Assembly (NCBI GenBank): GCA_037379345.1
Contig: CM074517.1
Coordinates: 2,542,001-2,606,000, forward strand
Direction of reading: 5' to 3'
From: Perna viridis
Lineage: Eukaryota
Length of the DNA stretch: 64,000 nt
A program made the position numbers and the translations under genes. How positions within the stretch are numbered: the stretch's first letter is position 1; each line of letters starts with the position of its first letter. Below the pieces are notes generated by a model. It was not told where the DNA came from. It made no database searches and saw only the letters and a list, made by a program, of their open reading frames with translations. Shown one piece after another: positions 54,701 through 62,378 of the stretch.

Positions 54701-57700
54701 TGCTGTGCTAATAATTAACTTAAAGAAGTCAAAGTAAACAAGTTATATTTAGAATACTGGTGTCTTGGTTTTTTGTAAACCTTAAAGTTTTGTAAATAAA
54801 AATCTGTTTCTTTGCAGCAATGTACATCGTGTTTCAGAATACACCTGAATCCCCTTTCCAACATCCCATTGAGGCCATCATGGGGATGTTCATGATGTCT
54901 TTAGGGGAGTTTGGTGATTATTATGAAAACTTTGATCAAACAGATCATCCGGTTTTGAGTAAAGTAAATCCTGTGTTGTGTAACTGCTTTTCTGTACCAT
55001 TAATAGCCATAATTTTAATCTGTTTTATGTCCTATGTTTTCTCTGTTTAATGTCTGATGGTACCTCAGTGTTTGTCATTGTTGTGTATTATAGACTTAAG
55101 TAGATATGTAGAATTATTCTCTTTTTGTACTGTAAATAATCTTTACTAGTTATTATAGGATTAACCTATCTCCTGTCCTTCTTGTAAAGACTCTTTACTG
55201 GTTATTATAGGATTAACCTATCTCCTGTCCTTCTTGTAAAGACTCTTTACTGGTTATTATAGGATTAACCTATCTCCTGTCCTTCTTGTAAAGACTCTTA
55301 ACTAGTTATTATAGGATTAACCTATCTCCTGTCCTTCTTGTAAAGACTCTTTACTAGTTATTATAGGATTAAATTAGGAGATAACCTAATTATTATTTGA
55401 TCGTGATTTCAGCTTTGTACATCATACACTTGAACAAGGAATGGAGTCCATTCAGTAATCCTATTGAGTCAGTTATAGCTATGTTTATTATGTCCCTTGG
55501 GGAGTTTGGTGACTATTATGTTACCTTCAAACAGACAGATCATCCTACATTAGCAATAGTATGTTAGTCTTTCTCCTTTCTGCACCAGAAACAGATTAAT
55601 TCCTCTATAGAGGGATTAAAACAATACAGAAATGATGCACTTCCACATTTTATTTTAGAATTTTCAGTCAGCTTTTTCAGAGTTGTAGAAACATGAATTT
55701 TTGCTTTTTTGTTCATAATAGGTCAAATTTGTACTAGTGTAGTGATCCATTTCTGCATTGTGTGGAGTTTTTTTTATTAGGATAACAGTTTTTATAAATG
55801 TTTAAAGGGAGATAATCACTGGATTGAAAGTGTTCAGTTATTTACTGAAACATTGTTGCTGTCATGTTGCCTATATTTAACCATTGCATTTGAAGTCTGT
55901 TGCTTTATTTAATTACAAAAATGTACAAAACAACCAAATGGTCAGAAACTGTTATACTTTAGAAATTCCACAGTGAATTTTGAGTTGACATCCCTCCATT
56001 AACATTCTATGTTTGTATAATATGTTATGTCATGTGAATATATAATGTTATTAACATAATGCATGTTTAAAAGTTTAGAAAAGGCCACATTCAACTACAG
56101 TGAAAATACATGATCTTTTATATTGTCTGCTGTAGTTGGTATTAGAAGTCTCAGATTCATAAATATATCTGGGATTTTAAGTTTCAGAAATGTGACACTT
56201 AATTGGAGTTGGACGAACTAATTATTGTGTTATCTGTCCATATTATGATGTAACTTTTCACTCTTTTGCTTTGTAATTGAGTTTTATTCCTTCACTCAGT
56301 TAGCAATTTTTTCTTTCCACACTTTAACTTTTCTTTAATTTGATTTTAAGAAGGTTGCATTTTGACTTTTAAGAACTTTTAAAGATGGAAACAGAAAATG
56401 AACATATTTGAATCTTTTTCTTCCCAATTATATCATTAGATTTTGTACTTAGTACCTTATAGCCCCTCCTGAAGTTTGGAAAGAAAATAGAGCATTTGGA
56501 ATTTTAAAAGTCTGAGGTATACTCTTATTTGGGAAATTTTGCATTATTTTTAAGTGATATTCATTAACACCCTGTATTTGGACTTTTCCTTATCCTAGAA
56601 CTTGAGTTACTTAAAGTGTCTAAATGCAACTTGTATTTTATTTTGTTTAACTTCCATTTTGAGTTGATTAACTTCATTTCAGCATTTTACATTGCCTTTA
56701 TACAATCTACCTGCACACCAGACAATGAACCATGTGTTTTTAACAATGGTTTAGAAGCATGGTTTGGAACATTCACAATGAGTGTTGGGGATTTTGAGGA
56801 TATTTATGGAATATTTGATTCCTCAACTTACCCAACGCTCGTCAAGGTAAGATAAAATTTGGTACAGGTGTACTTGGGTCTAGATTTATTGAGGTAAAAG
56901 AGATTTGTGCAACTCTGTGACTTAAGATTTTTTATCAAGTATGAGTCCAGTGGCAAATAAATATTTTTGTTGATTGTGCTATAGTCAGTTTTTACTAATA
57001 GTATTTGAAAACAATTATAAGAGATAATAAAATTTTACCTTTCTACTTTATTTTTGTTTTAGTACATGTATTTTCAGGCTCTACAACAAATTGACCAACA
57101 TCATTCATTGTTAGTTAAGGTTTTTATAATTCTTTTTATGACTTTGTTGATTTTTTTTTTACAATTTTATTAACATTGTTATTTATGATTTCCTCTGTAT
57201 AAACTTTAGGATTTTTTGTTCTCTTTATTAAATATAAAAGCTGCACTTGCTTTAAATGTCTAAATGTTGTAAAATGTTGATGTTTTGTGTTTTTTTCCTT
57301 GTCATTTTGCTTGTTTTTTTTTTATTATTTCACAATTTGTTCTCGTAGATTTTGACTTTTAGAGAACTTATTTTTTTAAATCTTGCAATTAACTAATAAT
57401 TGTTAATTAGTTAATTATATGAAAATATATATTTCATCCCTGTGATAAATAACCTTTTTGTAAAAAATGTCAGGAAATATGCCCAGCTTTCACAGATACT
57501 TATATTTATTGTTCTCTCTTTAAGTTAACCTTTCTTAAGTAAGTTTTTAAATTTTGTAATTACTGTTTATCTCAATTACCTCTAAATTACCTGAAATAGT
57601 TCATATGAGACAAACAAGCCAGTTTATATCTTGATAGTTATATACATATGTAATTACACATACAAAGTACCATATGTTCAGTGAAATGGCTGACTGGTTA

Positions 57701-60700
57701 GATTTAAAGTGAAACATGAAAGCTTGATTATGATTTTAGATAATGTTTGCCATCTACATGATCTTGGTGACGTTACTTCTAGTCAATATGTTAATTGCTA
57801 TGATGGGTAATACATACCAGCTGATTAATGAAACACAGAAGGAGTGGTTCAGACAGGTATATTTATATATTGTAACATCACTTTATTATACCCTTGGCAA
57901 ACAAAGATTGGGGGCAGGATATTGGAATCACCTTGTCTGTTCATCTGTCTGTTTGTCCACATTTCTTATAAGTGCAGCTACATCTAAGCCACAAAAGGAT
58001 TTGATGAAATTTTATAGGAAGGTTGGATATCATAAGTAGGTGTGCATGAAACATTATAATCACTGTCAAGGGGGCCCGGAGAAAATCCTGGAGAAGTGTT
58101 TTACATGTAAAAACCTTGTATGTGTAAGTGCAACTCTTTCTAAACCACTCAAAGGGTTTGATGAAATTTTATAGGAAGGCTTTGGATCACATGTAAACTT
58201 GTATAAAGGAATATAATTACTGTAGGAGGACTTTAAAGGCAGATAATCCAAATTAAGGGTTTTACATATTAAAACCTGGAAAGCACAACTCTTCTAGACT
58301 GCTTGAGAGATTTTGATGTCATTGTTTAGAAAGGTTTGGCATCTTATGCAGATGTGCATTAAGGAATATTATTTTTGTTAGATGACATCAAAGGGAGATT
58401 TTAACTTTGAGTCCCATTTGATGTGAGGGTATTCTCTTTGTGAGCTTTTAGTTTTTTTTTGCTGTTTCTACCTCCTGATACATCCAATTTCAGGCTACAA
58501 CAGTGATAAAAGATATCTTCAATTTTAAATATTTTTTTTTATCAAATTGACTCTTACATCTCTGATAAACAAAATAATGTCAGTTATGAACATCTTGCTT
58601 ACCAGGATAACTGAGATATTTTCTGTCTTCACTGCCATTATTCTGTGCATAATTGTAGTATAACAATTTTCATGTTTTTACAAAAATTATGATGGTGGGT
58701 GATAAATGTTAAGTTCATATTTGTGACATCACATGGCTATCTGGATTTCGTCATGGAATCCAAAATTATTAATCATTGGAACTAATATAAATGTTGTTAA
58801 TTCAAGATATCAACTTGCCCAAAATAATAATATTGATACTTCCAAATGATGAACTAGACAAAATTTATAAATATAGAAAAACAAGCTACAAACGAAAAAC
58901 AACCAATGTATTGGTTTATTATTTTAAAACTGGAAAAAATTCTAACATGTTTGTCACTATACCATACAACAAGAAACCTGTGTAAAATTGAACTCATTTT
59001 TTACAGTGGGCCAAAGTTGTACTTGTTATTGAGCAGAGTGTTACAACAGAGGAGAGAAAGAAACAGCGTACTAAGTATTCCCAGCCACTACCAGATGGGG
59101 ACAGGGCTCTAGTCATCAGATGGCATCAGTCTGTAAGTATTTCCAGCCCCTACCTGATGGGGACAGGGCTCTAGTCATCAGATGGCATCAGTCTGTAAGT
59201 ATTTCCAGCCCCTGCCTGATGGGGACAGAGCTTTAGTCATTAGATGGTATCAGTCTGTAAGTATTTCCAGCCCCTACCTGATGGGAACAGGGCTCTAGTC
59301 ATTAGATGGCATCAGTCTGTAAGTATTTCCAGCCCCTGCCTGATGGGGACAGAGCTTTAGTCATTAGATGGTATCAGTCTGTAAGTATTTCCAGCCCCTG
59401 CCTGATGGGGACAGCTTTAGTCATTAGATGGTATCAGTCTGTAAGTATTTCCAGCCCCTACCTGATGGGAACAGGGCTCTAGTCATTAGATGGCATCAGT
59501 CTGTAAGTATTTCCAGCCCCTGCCTGATGGGGACAGAGCTTTAGTCATTAGATGGTATCAGTCTGTAAGTATTTCCAGCCCCTGCCTGATGGGGACAGCT
59601 TTAGTCATTAGATGGTATCAGTCTGTAAGTATTTCCAGCCCCTACCTGATGGGAACAGGGCTCTAGTCATTAGATGGCATCAGTCTGTAAGTATTTCCAG
59701 CCCCTGCCTGATGGGGACAGGGCTTTAGTCATTAGATGGTATCAGTCTGTAAGTATTTCCAGCCCGTACCTGATGGGAACAGGGCTCTAGTCATTAGATG
59801 GCATCAGTCTGTAAGTATTTCCAGCCCCTGCCTGATGGGGACAGGGCTTTAGTCATTAGATGGTATCAGTCTGTAAGTATTTCCAGCCCCTACCTGATGG
59901 GGACAGGGCTCTAGTCATTAGATGGCATTAGTATGTAAGTATTTTCAGCCCCTGCCTGATGGGGACAGGGCTGTAGTCATCAGATGGCATCAGTCTGTAA
60001 GTATTTCCAGCCCCTACCTGATGGGAACAGGGCTCTAGTCATTAGATGGCATCAATCTGTAAGTATTTCCAGCCCCTGCCTGATGGGGACAGGGCTGTAG
60101 TCATCAGATGGCATCAGTCTGTAAGTATTTCCAGCCCCTACCTGATGGGAACAGGGCTCTAGTCATTAGATGGCATCAGTCTGTAAGTATTTCCAGCCCC
60201 TGCCTGATGGGGACAGGGCTTTAGTCATTAGATGGTATCAGTCTGTAAGTATTTCCAGCCCCTGCCTGATGGGGACAGGGCTTTAGTCATTAGATGGTAT
60301 CAGTCTGTAAGTATTTCCAGTCCCTACCTGATGAAGACAGGGTTCTTGTCATCAGATGGCATCAGTCTGTATTTCCAGTCCTACCTGATGGGGACAGGGC
60401 TTTAGTCATTAGATGGTATCAGTCTGTAAGTATTTCCAGTCCCTACCTGATGAAGACAGGGCTTTAGTCATTAGATGGTATCAGTCTGTAAGTATTTCCA
60501 GTCCCTACCTGATGGGGACAGGGCTGTAGTCATCAGATGGCATCAGTCTGTAAGTATTTCCAGCCCCTACCTGATGGGAACAGGGCTCTAGTCATTAGAT
60601 GGCATCAATCTGTAAGTATTTCCAGCCCCTGCCTGATGGGGACAGGGCTGTAGTCATCAGATGGCATCAGTCTGTAAGTATTTCCAGCCCCTACCTGATG

Positions 60701-61829
60701 GGAACAGGGCTCTAGTCATTAGATGGCATCAGTCTGTAAGTATTTCCAGCCCCTGCCTGATGGGGACAGGGCTTTAGTCATCAGATGGCATCAGTTTGAA
60801 AGTATTTCCAGCCCCTGCCTGATGGGGACAGGGCTTTAGTCATTAGATGGCATCAGTCTGTAAGTATTTCCAGCCCCTACCTGATGGGAACAGGGCTCTA
60901 GTCATTAGATGGCATCAGTCTGTATTTCCAGTCCTACCTGATGGGGACAGGGCTTTAGTCATTAGATGGTATCAGTCTGTAAGTATTTCCAGTCCCTACC
61001 TGATGAAGACAGGGTTCTTGTCATCAGATGGCATCAGTCTGTATTTCCAGTCCTACCTGATGGGGACAGGGCTCTAGTCATCAGATGGCATCAGTTTGAA
61101 AGTATTTCCAGCCTTACCTGATGGGGACAAGGCTGTCATCATTAGGTGACATCAGTCTGTTAGTATTTCCAGCTCCTACCTGGTGGGGATAGGGCTCTAG
61201 TCATCAGATGGCATTAGTCTGTTAGTATTTCTGATCAGATAGATATTCCCAGGCCTTTCATTATGGAGACTGGGCTGTAGTCATCATATGGCACCAGATA
61301 TAACATGAGTAGTGACATCAGCCGAGCAGAAGCACTACTATCTTTAATCCTATAGCCTACACAATGATATTTTGAGTTTAGTATTATTTTTTACCTGTTG
61401 TCCATAAGTTATTCTGTCTTTCTATTTATATACCCTATTTCTTGTATGCACAACTAAAAATGTGACCTTAACTTCTTTTTGAATTTTAATTAAACTTCAC
61501 CTCAAGGTATAACATATCATATCAATGTGCATGCAGTTGATTTCTGAGGTTCTAATGAGGACATGTTTATTTATTAACGCACAGGTGGAGCACGTCAACA
61601 TCTAAAATTAAGAAAATTTTGATTCCATGTGTGATAATCATGAATGTTGTTTTTTTATCATTAACAGGAGAAAGAAAGAGAGGATCTCAGGGTGGCCAGA
61701 GAGGAACAGAGACTGAAACAGAAACAGAAGATTATGGCAGAAAGAAAGAAATTAATTCTGAAGAAAACGACTAATCTGGCTAGTATCATCAACACAGCTG
61801 CAGCTAAGGAGGGCAAAGTTAATGTCTGA
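36383..61829 (+). CDS. nan: TRPV cation channel, Nanchung/OCR subfamily (often auto-annotated TRPV5/6-like); join(36383..36746,40787..40960,43628..43817,44436..44589,47322..47423,49260..49409,49694..49776,50149..50341,51281..51388,51965..52116,54021..54130,[54818..54963 or 55413..55558 or 56683..56846],57740..57856,59007..59132,61668..61829); 776 aa (12a/12b) or 782 aa (12c)
   Basis: The N-terminus MGNT...VKEQA...[20 protein letters not shown] resembles Drosophila Nanchung as recalled. Ankyrin repeats ([65 protein letters not shown]), six TM helices, S4-S5 linker [17 protein letters not shown]6 [15 protein letters not shown] and TRP helix EWFRQWAKVVL. All phases are consistent. Confidence 0.92.
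40787..40960 (+). CDS. nan: TRPV exon 2 ([18 protein letters not shown]...DEYY)
   Basis: TTACAG/GTAAG boundaries, ankyrin repeat. Confidence 0.92.
41549..41688. mobile_element. TTAA-flanked hairpin MITE-like element
   Basis: TTAAACTTACCCCTACTATGGGAGTTAGTCATGCC pairs imperfectly with GGCATGACTAACCCCCTATTAGAGGTTAGTTTTAA. Confidence 0.45.
42474..43322 (+). mobile_element. Helentron/HINE-like element, family A copy 3
   Basis: Shares TTCTCCTCTGA...AAACTT...GAATGTTCC and ATGGCCGCC.TTACTAAAAATAGAACATAGGGGTC modules (twice), ends CCAGGTGAGCGATTCAGGCTCCTCGGAGCC. Confidence 0.65.
43628..43817 (+). CDS. nan: TRPV exon 3 ([21 protein letters not shown]...TNFRG)
   Basis: TAG/GT boundaries, 190 nt. Confidence 0.92.
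44436..44589 (+). CDS. nan: TRPV exon 4 ([15 protein letters not shown]...VIHDKK)
   Basis: TTTTAG/GTATG boundaries, 154 nt. Confidence 0.92.
44772..45591. mobile_element. Non-autonomous Tc1/mariner (pogo/Tc2-like) DNA transposon
   Basis: TIRs CTGTATTTTCAGGACTATAAATC and GACTTATAGTCTGGAAAATACAG (about 23 bp, few mismatches); TA on the left. Confidence 0.6.
45787..45915. repeat. 33-bp tandem repeat, about 4 copies
   Basis: Unit TTTTGATTGATATAAGCTATTAAAAATTTGTTA. Confidence 0.85.
47322..47423 (+). CDS. nan: TRPV exon 5 ([34 protein letters not shown])
   Basis: CACAG/GTAAGT boundaries, 102 nt, last ankyrin repeat. Confidence 0.9.
47376..47775 (+). repeat. About 65-bp tandem repeat derived from the TRPV exon 5 3' end plus donor (exon + 5 copies)
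   Basis: GATGTAAGT-like junction recurs at 47421, 47486, 47551, 47613, 47677 and 47742. Confidence 0.85.
48248..49110. mobile_element. Non-autonomous Tc1/mariner (pogo/Tigger-like) element
   Basis: 22-bp TIRs TAGTGAAACTTCTCCAAACTGG and CCGGTTTGGAGAAGTTTCGCTG, TA on both flanks. Confidence 0.7.
49260..49409 (+). CDS. nan: TRPV exon 6 ([26 protein letters not shown]...VVYG)
   Basis: TTTTAG/GTAAGT boundaries, 150 nt, TRPV WxYG motif. Confidence 0.92.
49694..49776 (+). CDS. nan: TRPV exon 7 ([27 protein letters not shown])
   Basis: CAG/GTAAT boundaries, pre-S1 LLxEKW motif. Confidence 0.9.
50149..50341 (+). CDS. nan: TRPV exon 8 (S1 and S1-S2 loop)
   Basis: TTACAG/GTAAC boundaries, 193 nt. 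[24 protein letters not shown], with a loop carrying NLT/NNT sequons and Cys residues. Confidence 0.88.
50395..50443 (+). mobile_element. Possible tRNA-derived SINE fragment
   Basis: Degenerate B-box-like GGATTTGATCCCC followed by GTCACACCAAAGACT; short and weak. Confidence 0.25.
50517..50597. repeat. Near-perfect inverted repeat (about 36-bp arms)
   Basis: TTCAAAGTTCAAATTAGAGAAGTATAAATATAGTGT and ACACTATTTTTATATTTCTCTAATTTGAACTTTGAA. Confidence 0.75.
51281..51388 (+). CDS. nan: TRPV exon 9 (S2)
   Basis: TTTTCAG/GTAAG boundaries, 108 nt. Confidence 0.88.
51965..52116 (+). CDS. nan: TRPV exon 10 (S3-S4)
   Basis: TTTACAG/GTATG boundaries, 152 nt, ends APYFLFFCR. Confidence 0.9.
52270..52447. 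mobile_element. Short TA-flanked MITE
   Basis: TA|CTGTAAACCATGAAATTTT ... AAAATTTTCTAGTTTACAG|TA. Confidence 0.5.
52561..53387 (+). mobile_element. Family B copy 2
   Basis: Same 5' and 3' ends and body as 19237-20362, with fewer internal modules. Confidence 0.65.
54021..54130 (+). CDS. nan: TRPV exon 11 (S4-S5 linker, S5)
   Basis: TTTTCAG/GTAAGT boundaries. [36 protein letters not shown], ends phase 1. Confidence 0.92.
54818..54963 (+). CDS. nan: TRPV pore exon 12a (mutually exclusive variant): [48 protein letters not shown]
   Basis: TTTGCAG/GTAAAT boundaries, 146 nt, phase 1 to 0. Confidence 0.88.
55140..55371. repeat. 52-bp tandem repeat, about 4.5 copies, between pore exons 12a and 12b
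   Basis: Unit CTCTTTACTGGTTATTATAGGATTAACCTATCTCCTGTCCTTCTTGTAAAGA. Confidence 0.9.
55413..55558 (+). CDS. nan: TRPV pore exon 12b (mutually exclusive variant): [48 protein letters not shown]
   Basis: TTTCAG/GTATGT boundaries, 146 nt, open frame, paralogous to 12a. Absent from the ORF track. Confidence 0.85.
56683..56846 (+). CDS. nan: TRPV pore exon 12c (mutually exclusive variant): [54 protein letters not shown]
   Basis: TTTCAG/GTAAG boundaries, 164 nt, phase 1 to 0, open frame. Confidence 0.85.
57740..57856 (+). CDS. nan: TRPV exon 13 (S6: [26 protein letters not shown]...EWFRQ)
   Basis: TTTTAG/GTAT boundaries, 117 nt. Confidence 0.92.
57882..58453 (+). mobile_element. Helentron-like non-autonomous element
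   Basis: TTTATTATACCCTTGGCAAACAAAG start, GTCT microsatellite, internal ~165-bp modules, 3' GTGAGGGTATT complementary to the 5' end. Confidence 0.5.
59007..59132 (+). CDS. nan: TRPV exon 14 ([12 protein letters not shown]...[20 protein letters not shown])
   Basis: TTACAG/GTAAGT boundaries, 126 nt, TRP helix. Confidence 0.88.
59071..61295 (+). repeat. 62-bp minisatellite, about 35 copies, derived from the TRPV exon 14 3' end plus donor
   Basis: Unit GTAAGTATTTCCAGCCCCTACCTGATGGGGACAGGGCTCTAGTCATCAGATGGCATCAGTCT. Confidence 0.95.
61668..61829 (+). CDS. nan: TRPV terminal exon 15 ([21 protein letters not shown]...GKVNV*)
   Basis: TAACAG acceptor after a T-rich tract, phase 0, charged coiled-coil-like tail, TGA. 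Confidence 0.8.
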   Translation, partial: EKEREDLRVAREEQRLKQKQKIMAERKKLILKKTTNLASIINTAAAKEGKVNV

Positions 61830-62195
61830 TTATGAGTATCTGTGACTGTATTGTTCTGTTATGTCCAAGAATATCTGTCTCTCACTGTTGATTCTACTTT
61901 TGCCATAGTTCTTAACCAAACTTTGGTTATTTCAAATATTACAGCCTAGGGTCAGAATGTTGTCAGAAACCCTAACACGGTTATACTTTTTACCCTGTAA
62001 GGACAAAAATTTGGGCTCATATTTTTCGATAGTGTTATGTTTTATTCATATTTTATTTGTATTGAATTCCCTTTTTTACCTTTTAAACGTGACTATTGTT
62101 CACAATTTCATTATTCTTATTGACATTTGATTTGAGCCACTTCACAACGTATATTATTTTGATTTAACTTGGTTATGTTTTTGCTATCGTCTTTC

Positions 62196-62378
62196 GGTTT
62201 CCAACAATTGGTTCAGGAGTGTATTGGGTTTCCAACGATTGGTTCAGGAGTGTATTGGGTTTTCAACAATTGGTTCAGGAGTGTATTGGGTTTCCAACGA
62301 TTGGTTCAGGAGTGTATTGGGTTTCCAATGATTGGTACAGGAGTGTATTGGGTTTTCAATGATTGGTTCAGGAGTGTA
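62196..62378. repeat. 31-bp tandem repeat, about 6 copies, downstream of the TRPV stop
   Basis: Unit GGTTTCCAACGATTGGTTCAGGAGTGTATTG. Confidence 0.9.

Noticed and set aside
54818-56846. Three pore exons as constitutive exons (multi-pore channel) or as remnants of separate TRPV genes
   Set aside because: Joint inclusion breaks the frame, and no duplicated S5 or S6 exons accompany them.
60847-61077. [28 protein letters not shown]...
   Set aside because: Chance open frame through the exon-14-derived repeat, not an independent gene.
36383-61829. Calling the channel a true TRPV5/TRPV6 orthologue
   Set aside because: The N-terminus, ankyrin finger ([15 protein letters not shown]) and FGDYY pore match the invertebrate Nanchung/OCR clade as recalled; TRPV5/6 are vertebrate paralogues.
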